Part shown: positions 8,694 through 15,925 of the stretch, one piece after another | How positions within the stretch are numbered: position 1 is the stretch's first letter | Layout: the number at the start of each line of letters is the position of its first letter | From: Candidatus Woesearchaeota archaeon | GTDB taxonomy: Archaea; Nanobdellota; Nanobdellia; SCGC-AAA011-G17; ARS1403 | Reading direction: 5' to 3' | DNA: 42,970 bases | Assembly: GCA_018302505.1 (NCBI GenBank) | Contig: JAGVZL010000011.1 | Coordinates: forward strand, 1-42,970 | Position numbers and translations under genes: made by a program | The notes under the pieces: generated by a model | The model's database searches: none | What the model saw: the letters and a program-made list of their open reading frames with translations, nothing else | Told to the model about the DNA's origin: nothing

Positions 8694-10007
8694 ATGGTTT
8701 ACAATGTAATAGTAGGAAGGGATAAGGAAGACAGAGAGAAATACGGAGAAAGAGGTTTAATTTTATTAGGGAAAACTTATGTTAAAATGGGAAGAAATGT
8801 TTCTTTGTCTAATCCATTATTTTTAGATATTGCAAAAAGTCATGTTATCCTTGTAACTGGCAAAAGAGGTTCAGGAAAGAGTCACAGTCTCGGAGTTATA
8901 GCAGAATCAATAGCGAATCTACCTGAAGAAACAAAACAAAAAGTTTCAGTTATAATTTTAGATACAATGGGAATCTTTTGGTCTATGAAATTCCCAAACG
9001 AAAGGGATGCTAAATTATTGAAACAATGGAACCTAGAACCAAAAGCTTTAGAAGATGTTCAAATTTATACTCCCGAAGGTTATTTTAATGATCATAAACA
9101 GCAGGGAATTCCTGTAGATTTTCCTTTTTCAATAAGGCCAAATACATTAACAGCTTCAGATTGGGTAACAACTTTTAATTTAGATGTTCATTCTCAGGCT
9201 TCAATTTTAATTACTAGAGTTTTAAAAAAATTAATGGGAAATTATTCTTTGCACGACATAATAATGGAAGTTGAATCTGATCAAAAAGCAACTATAGAAA
9301 CAAAAAATTTAGTTGAAAGTCTATTTGAAGCGACAATGGCTTGGGGTTTATTTTCAGAAGAAGGGGAATTATTTGAAAACTTGGCCAAACCAGGAAAAAT
9401 TTCTATAATTGATATTAGCTGCTATTCCTCAGTTTCAGGAAGCTGGAGCATTAAAAGTTTAGTAGCTGGATTAGTTGCTCAAAAATTATTGCAGCAGAGA
9501 ATGATGGAAAGAAAAAAAGAAGAACTAAAAGAAATTAAACAGGGATTTTCACCATTTAAAAAAATAAAAAATATTTCTAAATTACCTCAGACTTGGTTAA
9601 TTATAGACGAATGTCACCAAATGCTCCCCAAGGATAAAATTACGCCAGCAACTAACGCTTTAATTTCTTTATTAAGAGAAGGAAGACAGCCTGGAATTTC
9701 AATGATATTAGCAACCCAGCAGCCTGGAAAAATTCACGATGATGTTATAACCCAATCAGATATAGTTTTATCCCATCGCTTAACAGCAAAACAAGATATA
9801 GATGCATTAAATGAAATGATGCAGAGCTATATGCAACAAGGATTGACTGATGAAATAAATCAACTGCCTAGAGAAACAGGAGCAGGAATTATATTGGATG
9901 ATACTTCTGAAAGAATCTATCCTTTAAGAGTCAGACCGAAATTATCCTGGCACGCTGGTTCTTCTCCATCTGCAGTTGAAGAGATAAAGAAAGAAATAGA
10001 AATTTAA
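8694..10007 (+). CDS. HerA/FtsK-superfamily P-loop ATPase (DUF87/COG0433-like)
   Basis: Walker A is VTGKRGSGKSHSLG and Walker B is WLIIDECHQMLP. The downstream ATQQPGKIHDDVITQSDIVLSHRL resembles the HerA sensor/arginine-finger region. Confidence 0.65.
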   Translation: MVYNVIVGRDKEDREKYGERGLILLGKTYVKMGRNVSLSNPLFLDIAKSHVILVTGKRGSGKSHSLGVIAESIANLPEETKQKVSVIILDTMGIFWSMKFPNERDAKLLKQWNLEPKALEDVQIYTPEGYFNDHKQQGIPVDFPFSIRPNTLTASDWVTTFNLDVHSQASILITRVLKKLMGNYSLHDIIMEVESDQKATIETKNLVESLFEATMAWGLFSEEGELFENLAKPGKISIIDISCYSSVSGSWSIKSLVAGLVAQKLLQQRMMERKKEELKEIKQGFSPFKKIKNISKLPQTWLIIDECHQMLPKDKITPATNALISLLREGRQPGISMILATQQPGKIHDDVITQSDIVLSHRLTAKQDIDALNEMMQSYMQQGLTDEINQLPRETGAGIILDDTSERIYPLRVRPKLSWHAGSSPSAVEEIKKEIEI

Positions 10008-10321
10008 CCTCTCCATCCTCTTCTTGGTTTTAATGAATCTGGTAAATGTTCATATTTATCAGTTATATCTTTTTTTAATTTTCTGATAGAACTTTTTAAT
10101 TCTTCTAATTTAGCATCTTCTTCCCTAGTATCCTCATCTTTTAAATCTCCATGAGAATTAATACCTATTATCCCATCAATAACCGCAATAGCATTTTTCT
10201 TATATTCTTTTATATCCTCTTCATTATCCCGGTTCATAGCATCTTCTAATAAAAATATCGCATTCCTTAAAAAAATAATAAATTTAACTTTCCTTTCTGA
10301 TTCTTGTTTTTTATTACTCAT
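10004..10321 (-). CDS. Hypothetical acidic/coiled-coil protein
   Basis: This 105-aa ORF overlaps the upstream gene by 8 nt (operon-like). No motif is recognised. Confidence 0.4.
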   Translation of the reverse strand: MSNKKQESERKVKFIIFLRNAIFLLEDAMNRDNEEDIKEYKKNAIAVIDGIIGINSHGDLKDEDTREEDAKLEELKSSIRKLKKDITDKYEHLPDSLKPRRGWRG

Positions 10322-10943
10322 TTTTCCCTATTAAGTCCGCAGCACTCGCTCCAATTATAGCGGGTATTGAAACTGCTGCAACCTGTTTGTATATTTCTGT
10401 TATTGTAGCATGCTCTGTTAAGCCGAATATGAACAGTACAAAATAAACTACTGCTAAACTGACAAAGTATATAACTGTTATTCTTGCAGGAATAAATCCA
10501 AATAATTTAATATTCTTGACTTTTCTGAATCCTGCAACATAAATAAATATCATTCCTAAAACATAAGCAGTAACTAACAAAATAGTCGCTCTCATAATGC
10601 TTAGCCCTTCAGATAAATGTGCTCCCTCTAAAAATGCAAAATGACTTACAACTCCAATAAAAGCTCCAATTAATGATTTACCAAAATCTCTGTAAGTTAT
10701 TTTCTTTAAAGGATGGCTTCCAACATTTTTTTCTAAATGCTCCTGCAGTTCATCAATATTTTTCTCAAATTCATCATCCTGTTTTATCTGTCTCTTGCCT
10801 AATCTTTCTAGGATATCATCGCTTTTATTCTGCTCTTTTTCATATTTTAAAATTTTATCCAGCTTATCATCAATTTTATTTAAATTAGGTTTAGAAACAT
10901 TCCTCTTATTAGTCTTTTTTTGAGTCGTTTTTTTCTTTGGCAT
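10314..10943 (-). CDS. Integral membrane protein with a basic/coiled-coil N-terminal tail (possibly DUF2391-like)
   Basis: The N-terminus is MPKKKTTQKKTNKRN... It is followed by four hydrophobic segments (LIGAFIGVVSHFAF, ILLVTAYVLGMIFIYVAGF, VIYFVSLAVVYFVLFIFGL, AAVSIPAIIGASAADLIG). Confidence 0.5.
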   Translation of the reverse strand: MPKKKTTQKKTNKRNVSKPNLNKIDDKLDKILKYEKEQNKSDDILERLGKRQIKQDDEFEKNIDELQEHLEKNVGSHPLKKITYRDFGKSLIGAFIGVVSHFAFLEGAHLSEGLSIMRATILLVTAYVLGMIFIYVAGFRKVKNIKLFGFIPARITVIYFVSLAVVYFVLFIFGLTEHATITEIYKQVAAVSIPAIIGASAADLIGKNE

Positions 10944-11024
10944 TATTTAATTTTAAACTAAATTTATATTTAAATCTTTACATAGAAACATTTATAAATA
11001 GATTTATCACTATCAAATAGTAAA

Positions 11025-11138
11025 ATGAATAGACTAGCAACTTTAGCAGGAATCATTGCAGCTTCAATATTATCTCCTAAGGAAGCTGAAGCAAAAAGCT
11101 GGGAAACTCCAAGATTATCCTCCAAGAATAGGGATTAA
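11025..11138 (+). other. Orphaned signal-peptide ORF belonging to the next CDS (frame break at an A5 run, 11093-11097)
   Basis: The ORF reads MNRLATLAGIIAASILSPKEAEAKS... and stops after 37 codons. Removing one A from the A5 run joins it in frame to 11056..11655. Confidence 0.55.
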
Positions 11139-11655
11139 TCTTCCTGTTCAACAATATGGTGAAAATTTTACACCCGGATTTGCATTTGCTGTAGACTACA
11201 AAGCATCTCAGCCAAGAGCATCTTTTGATTTAGGTTTTTCTGGTTATCAATCACAAGGAGATAATTTTAATTCTAGAGAGAGAGTATGGGGAAGAACCGT
11301 AATAGATTCTTATAATGAAAGTATATGGGAATTAGCAGTGCATGGGGGTCCAACTTTTCATATAAGACCTTCAAATGATTCCTCTTCAATTTTCTTCGGA
11401 GGAGGATTAAGGCAAAATTTTGTTTTTAAAAGCGAAACTGGTCAAGATTCAGATTATAGGGGAACTTCAAGAAGCACAGAAAGAGATGCTATAGCATCAG
11501 AAACAGGATCTTACGGAATAGTCGGAATAGATTTCCCTTTAAAAGATGGAACCTTAGTTTATCTTAGAATAGAGCCTAGATTTACCTTTAACGATGGCTA
11601 TAGGGGGTTATCCGCATTTGTAGGGGTTGATATCCCATTAAAATCAAATAGATAA
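11056..11655 (+). CDS. Secreted Gly/Ser/aromatic-rich beta-strand protein, frameshifted relative to its signal peptide (pseudogene or homopolymer assembly error)
   Basis: The ORF body has no ATG start of its own; the track uses TTG. It shows an alternating hydrophobic pattern (GFAFAVDY, SFDLGFSGY, GSYGIVGIDFPL, LVYLRIEPRFTF, SAFVGVDIPL). Confidence 0.5.
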   Translation: MQLQYYLLRKLKQKAGKLQDYPPRIGINLPVQQYGENFTPGFAFAVDYKASQPRASFDLGFSGYQSQGDNFNSRERVWGRTVIDSYNESIWELAVHGGPTFHIRPSNDSSSIFFGGGLRQNFVFKSETGQDSDYRGTSRSTERDAIASETGSYGIVGIDFPLKDGTLVYLRIEPRFTFNDGYRGLSAFVGVDIPLKSNR

Positions 11656-11727
11656 ATCTAAACAAATTCTAAATTTTCCAGGACCAAAACTTCCGCATTT
11701 AACTTTTTTATTTATCTTAAAATTATC

Positions 11728-12777
11728 TTAAATCAATGACCAAACATGGTTAGGAGTACAAACCTCAATTTTCTTGCCAATTATCTTAACTTTTTTACCT
11801 TCAAGTCTCTTTAAGTGATATCTAATTGTACTACGATGCTTCTTTGTATCTTTTGATATTTCATTTATAGTTTTAGGATTATTTTTTAAAGAAGAAAATA
11901 TTTCTTTTTTAGTTTTGTCTCCATCAAATGCATCTCTTGTAAAAGAACTTAATGCTTCTTCTAATTTTATTCTTTTTCTTTTAATAATAAATCCTATATA
12001 TTTATTATATAGGTTAAGATCTTTCCTACTTATAATTCTCAATAAGAACATTCCGGTAGATTTATCTCTGCCATATTGTTTAATACACGAATTAATACCA
12101 ATTCTACCTAATAAACTTTTCAAAGTTAAGACACTTCTCCCATACATCCTTAAATCGATCCTTTTTTTATTCCACTTCTTATCATATACCATACAACCTT
12201 CAGAATCGAAAATACCTTTCAAAAAAGAAACAATAATCTCCTTTCTGTTAGATTTTAAAATTCTATTAGGAACATTCCAGGAATAAGTTCTTGTATCAAT
12301 CTTATTTGCTAAAAACTCTACTATTTGTACCGAACCAAGTCTTACAACATATTGATCTTTTTTAGTTTCAATCCAGTTATCATATTTAGATTTGTGTTTG
12401 TAGCCATTAACTTTTCTTACATTCATTGTAGGATTTAAACCAGACCATTTCTTTAAAACATTAGAAAAGTTTAAAGCAAAGTCTTTATCCGAAACATTAA
12501 TTCCTATCCTACCTCCTTTCTTATCAATATGTCCATCCCCTATTAATACACCATAAATATAAGCTAACTCTTTAGACAATTTTTTTGATTTCTCAGGAAG
12601 CTTTCTTTGTCTATTTTTCATTGAGACATAATAGGGTTTAACATTTGTATTTGCCCAATACCAAATACTAGTAGGATTAACACCTGTTATCTCTGATATC
12701 TTATTTTGACTTAATCCTTTCTTTTTCAATTCCAACACTTTGTTATAATCTTCCATAGTATATACTTTCTTAATCAT
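11728..12777 (-). CDS. Free-standing LAGLIDADG homing-endonuclease-like protein flanked by N- and C-terminal HTH/wHTH domains
   Basis: It has two LAGLIDADG motifs, LAYIYGVLIGDGHI and IVSFLKGIFDSEGCM. The N-terminal HTH is KKGLSQNKISEITGVNPTSIWYW. The C-terminal wHTH is TINEISKDTKKHRSTIRYHLKRLEG. No intein splicing blocks are present. Confidence 0.7.
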   Translation of the reverse strand: MIKKVYTMEDYNKVLELKKKGLSQNKISEITGVNPTSIWYWANTNVKPYYVSMKNRQRKLPEKSKKLSKELAYIYGVLIGDGHIDKKGGRIGINVSDKDFALNFSNVLKKWSGLNPTMNVRKVNGYKHKSKYDNWIETKKDQYVVRLGSVQIVEFLANKIDTRTYSWNVPNRILKSNRKEIIVSFLKGIFDSEGCMVYDKKWNKKRIDLRMYGRSVLTLKSLLGRIGINSCIKQYGRDKSTGMFLLRIISRKDLNLYNKYIGFIIKRKRIKLEEALSSFTRDAFDGDKTKKEIFSSLKNNPKTINEISKDTKKHRSTIRYHLKRLEGKKVKIIGKKIEVCTPNHVWSLI

Positions 12778-12790
12778 TTTATATCATATA

Positions 12791-12798
12791 AGATATCT
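12791..12798. promoter_or_regulatory. 8-bp palindrome AGATATCT in a divergent promoter region
   Basis: The palindrome is perfect and lies 14-21 nt upstream of the LAGLIDADG gene ATG (12777). See also TATCATATA(A)GATA at 12782-12795 and 12834-12846. Confidence 0.3.
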
Positions 12799-12830
12799 AT
12801 AAGTATCTCAATTATATAAATATTTCTATA

Positions 12831-12845
12831 ATCTATCATATAGAT
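12831..12845. promoter_or_regulatory. 6-3-6 palindrome ATCTAT-CAT-ATAGAT
   Basis: This perfect inverted repeat sits in the intergenic region between the LAGLIDADG gene and the small RHH ORF. Confidence 0.3.
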
Positions 12846-12895
12846 AACTCTTAAGAAACACAAGTAATATAAATATGTTAAACTTATTTTCTAGT

Positions 12896-13048
12896 ATGAA
12901 AAGACTTTTAGTTAGTATTCCAGATGGATCTTGGAGAATCATCGAAAAGAAATTAAAAGGTAGACTTGGAGATAAAGATTCGGAAGTTGTTAGAAATATA
13001 GTTCTATCTTATCTATCGGAAAAAGGTTATATCAAAGATGAATCCTAA
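12896..13048 (+). CDS. Small ribbon-helix-helix (CopG/MetJ-like) protein, not in the ORF track (<60 aa)
   Basis: The ORF reads MKRLLVSIPDGSWRIIEKKLKGRLGDKDSEVVRNIVLSYLSEKGYIKDES, a beta-strand followed by two helices. The TATA-like TAATATAAATA is centred ~26 nt upstream. An alternative ATG lies at 12875. Confidence 0.45.
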   Translation: MKRLLVSIPDGSWRIIEKKLKGRLGDKDSEVVRNIVLSYLSEKGYIKDES

Positions 13049-13821
13049 TTAACTAAAATATCTAATCTAATTTTCCATATTCTAGGACCATAAGGTAATA
13101 CTTTTCTTTTATCTATAATTTTAATCTTTTTATTTGATTTTCTTGCCTCTTCTCTTACTATTTTTACCGCTTCTGAAAATAAATCAGATTCATTAGCCCA
13201 ATAATAAAAATAAATCATTCCTTTCTTTTTAGTCTTATTTAACGCCAAATCCAAATAGGAATATCCTTTTTTTGGCAAAGGCATAATAATTCTATCAAAT
13301 TTATTTTTTATTTTTGGTAATATTTCTTTTACATCACCACTATATAATTTTATTTTTTTAGTTTTATTCAATTTTAAATTTTCTTCAGCATATTCATGGG
13401 CTTTCGGATTTATCTCAACACAACAAATTCTTTTCACATCAGGTTGTTTTTTTTCAATTGCTATACCAAATGGGCAGATACCACTAAACATAATTAATAT
13501 ATCCTCATCCGAATTTACTTTAGTAGCTATCCTTTGTCTTTCAGTTGCTTCTCTAGGAGAAAAATAAGTATATCTCGGATTTAATTTTAATAAGAAACCA
13601 TGTTCTCTATGAATTACCTCCGTATTTTTAATTCCTGCCACAAATTTATATTCTCTATTTCGATATTTACCCTTTCTCTCAGAAGTCTTTTTTAAAACAG
13701 TCTTAATATTTGGATGTTTTTTTAGTATTTCTCTAGCAAAATTTTTCTCTTCATTAGAATTACTTTCTTCTATTATAGCTACAGACTTATCTTTATTTCC
13801 AATAGTATCAAAACTAGTCAT
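13045..13821 (-). CDS. trm5: tRNA (guanine37-N1)-methyltransferase Trm5/Taw22 family (class I SAM MTase)
   Basis: The motifs are SFDTIGN...AIIE, HGFLLKLNPRYTYFSPREATERQRIA, ILIMFSGICPFGIAI, CVEINPKAHEYAEENLKLN and FDRIIMPLP. Confidence 0.75.
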   Translation of the reverse strand: MTSFDTIGNKDKSVAIIEESNSNEEKNFAREILKKHPNIKTVLKKTSERKGKYRNREYKFVAGIKNTEVIHREHGFLLKLNPRYTYFSPREATERQRIATKVNSDEDILIMFSGICPFGIAIEKKQPDVKRICCVEINPKAHEYAEENLKLNKTKKIKLYSGDVKEILPKIKNKFDRIIMPLPKKGYSYLDLALNKTKKKGMIYFYYWANESDLFSEAVKIVREEARKSNKKIKIIDKRKVLPYGPRIWKIRLDILVN

Positions 13822-13855
13822 GAAGAAATAAAAAGAGAAAGAAGTTTAAAAAGTT

Positions 13856-14422
13856 TTAGAAATCTCTAACATTTAAACCAGCACTAACAGTTAAATTCTT
13901 TAAAGTGCCGTCATAGCCATTGCCGTTAAATTCTCTAAGCCATCTTCCCGGCCCGGTTATTCCAACTCTACCTGTTAAATAAACAGGGCCGCTAATTTGG
14001 TAGTCTGAAACAACTGAAGCATTCAGAGGAAATCTAGTTTCGTTTACACCACTTCCTTCTAAATGTTCTCTAGTTACTCCTACTTCTCCGCCAAGCAGCC
14101 AGTAATCATCTACTCTTCCTAATAATCTTAAATTAGCACTAGTAACAGAATTTCTAATATTCCCATAGGCACCATAATCAAAATTATCATCAGCAAAAGG
14201 AATAGGATTAAAAGATAAGCCAGCATACCAATCCTTATCAAGACTAGTTTCTAAAGAATATTCTGGAAATGAAAGATTTGAGGAAGGAACATAAGTTGTT
14301 CTAACACCTGCTCCATTTACATTATCCCTTACTCTGCCTAAAAATCCTCCATCGGCATTTGCGGAACCAGCTAAACCCACAATTACAGCTAAAGGTAATA
14401 AAATCTTTCCTAATGATTTCAT
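13856..14422 (-). CDS. Secreted beta-rich protein with an OMP-like C-terminus (paralog of the C-terminal domain of 14422..15771)
   Basis: The signal peptide is MKSLGKILLPLAVIVGLAGSANA. It shares NLRLLGR and NGNG motifs with the neighbour. It ends LTVSAGLNVRDF. Its ATG overlaps the upstream stop (TAATG). Confidence 0.5.
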   Translation of the reverse strand: MKSLGKILLPLAVIVGLAGSANADGGFLGRVRDNVNGAGVRTTYVPSSNLSFPEYSLETSLDKDWYAGLSFNPIPFADDNFDYGAYGNIRNSVTSANLRLLGRVDDYWLLGGEVGVTREHLEGSGVNETRFPLNASVVSDYQISGPVYLTGRVGITGPGRWLREFNGNGYDGTLKNLTVSAGLNVRDF

Positions 14423-15771
14423 TAGAATCTTACTCCTATTCCGACTCTTGCTTCGCCATAATCTCTTGTAGCATCATTACCATTGCCATTTTCCATAACT
14501 TGTCTTCTCCATTCCCCAACATCCCAGATATCAGCACCAACTTCTCCATAAACTCTGTCAGTTGCAAAATGAGGCACTTGGAATTGGAAATATGGTCCGC
14601 CAGTAATAGACTTCTTACCATCTACATAAGTATGTCCTAAACCAACACCTGCTCTGAAGTCATCATTACCATAAGATAATCTTCCTAATAATCTCAAATT
14701 ATCATTTGATCTGCCAGCTTCAGCACCTAATCCGAAACCATTGTCGAATAATCGATCATAGCTTGCTCCACCATCAAAACTTCCAGTAGATAACTTATAA
14801 GCGGATAATAGGTTTCTTCTAGGAGTTGCTTCTTTATCTTTTGCAGATAATGCTTTCCAAGATTCATAAGTACTTATAAAACTGTCATTAAATCCATCTT
14901 CTCTGTCTTGGCTAATCTTGCCAGCTTCGCCAAATTTATCTACAAACCCAAAATAGTCTAAGATTCCAACAGGGTCACTGTCCTTGTCAAAATCATTTAC
15001 ATTAGCATCAGGGTCTTGAGAATATCTATCTAAAAATAGATTAAAGTCAGCATAGTCAAGCACATTGTCTCCATTTAAGTCCATAGTTGTTAATTCTCTT
15101 ATTGGAACTACAGTAGGAGTAGCATCAGCCTCAACTTTTTGTTCTAATTTTCGACCATAAACTGCATCTTGAATAGCATTACTAAAGTAAACTGCATCTC
15201 CAGGTCTTAATTGTTCAGGTCTTATAGAAACTTCTCTTCCGTTTCTGAAAATCATAACATCATCAACTAAATCAGTGATTTGAGCAGAAGTTAATCTAGT
15301 ATTAGCATTTCTTGCTAAAGCCTCAATTCCACCATGAATAGTATTCCCTCTTTGAACTTTGAAAAAGTCTACTCTACCATCTCTTAAACCATCTATTTCA
15401 TCAAATGAATAATTAGGATTATAAGTCCAGGTGACTTTAGGTGATTGATTAACTATAGCAGGAGCTGTAACAACTGTTTCCGGAACGATTGGCTTTTCCT
15501 CAGCCGTTGGTTCGCTTACTAAAGAGAAGGGTTCCATTGGAATTTCTCCAAACACTGAAATAGGTTCTTCTTCTAAATTAGGAAGATCAATTCCTGGTAA
15601 GGAGCTTTCTAATTCTGGCAAGTATGAGTTTCTTGGACCAACTACTCCACTTCCTGATTCTTCTCTTTCTTTTCTTAAAATTTCTTCATCTGAATTACCG
15701 CCGCAACTAGCACTGCCTAAAGCAGCAATTGCAGCTAACGGCAAAATTAATTTTCTGTATAAACTTCTCAT
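14422..15771 (-). CDS. Lipoprotein with dockerin-like Ca-binding repeats and a C-terminal OMP-like beta-rich domain
   Basis: The lipobox is LGSASC. The dockerin-like pair is DLNGDNVLDYADFNLFLDRY / DFDKDSDPVGILDYFGFVDKF (nt ~14926-15081). The C-terminus is NLRLLGRLSYGNDDFRAGVGLGH...YGEARVGIGVRF. Confidence 0.5.
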   Translation of the reverse strand: MRSLYRKLILPLAAIAALGSASCGGNSDEEILRKEREESGSGVVGPRNSYLPELESSLPGIDLPNLEEEPISVFGEIPMEPFSLVSEPTAEEKPIVPETVVTAPAIVNQSPKVTWTYNPNYSFDEIDGLRDGRVDFFKVQRGNTIHGGIEALARNANTRLTSAQITDLVDDVMIFRNGREVSIRPEQLRPGDAVYFSNAIQDAVYGRKLEQKVEADATPTVVPIRELTTMDLNGDNVLDYADFNLFLDRYSQDPDANVNDFDKDSDPVGILDYFGFVDKFGEAGKISQDREDGFNDSFISTYESWKALSAKDKEATPRRNLLSAYKLSTGSFDGGASYDRLFDNGFGLGAEAGRSNDNLRLLGRLSYGNDDFRAGVGLGHTYVDGKKSITGGPYFQFQVPHFATDRVYGEVGADIWDVGEWRRQVMENGNGNDATRDYGEARVGIGVRF

Positions 15772-15912
15772 TTTTATTTACCTCATAAATATTATTTTTA
15801 TCATTCTATAGTAACAAAAACCCTTTATAAATCTTTCGTTTTGTTTTTCCTAATAATTAAACTAATCTTAGAAAACATTTATATAGAAAAACTATCTATT
15901 TCTATTAAATAA

Positions 15913-15918
15913 AGAGGT
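15913..15918 (+). promoter_or_regulatory. Shine-Dalgarno site
   Basis: AGAGGT lies 7 nt before the ATG at 15926. Confidence 0.4.
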
Positions 15919-15925
15919 TATATGA

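Noticed and set aside
14359-14640. Plus-strand 93-aa ORF and minus-strand 61-aa ORF (14436..14621) spanning the junction of the two OMP-like genes
   Set aside because: Both overlap the better-supported, translationally coupled minus-strand genes and have no motifs or start-site signals.
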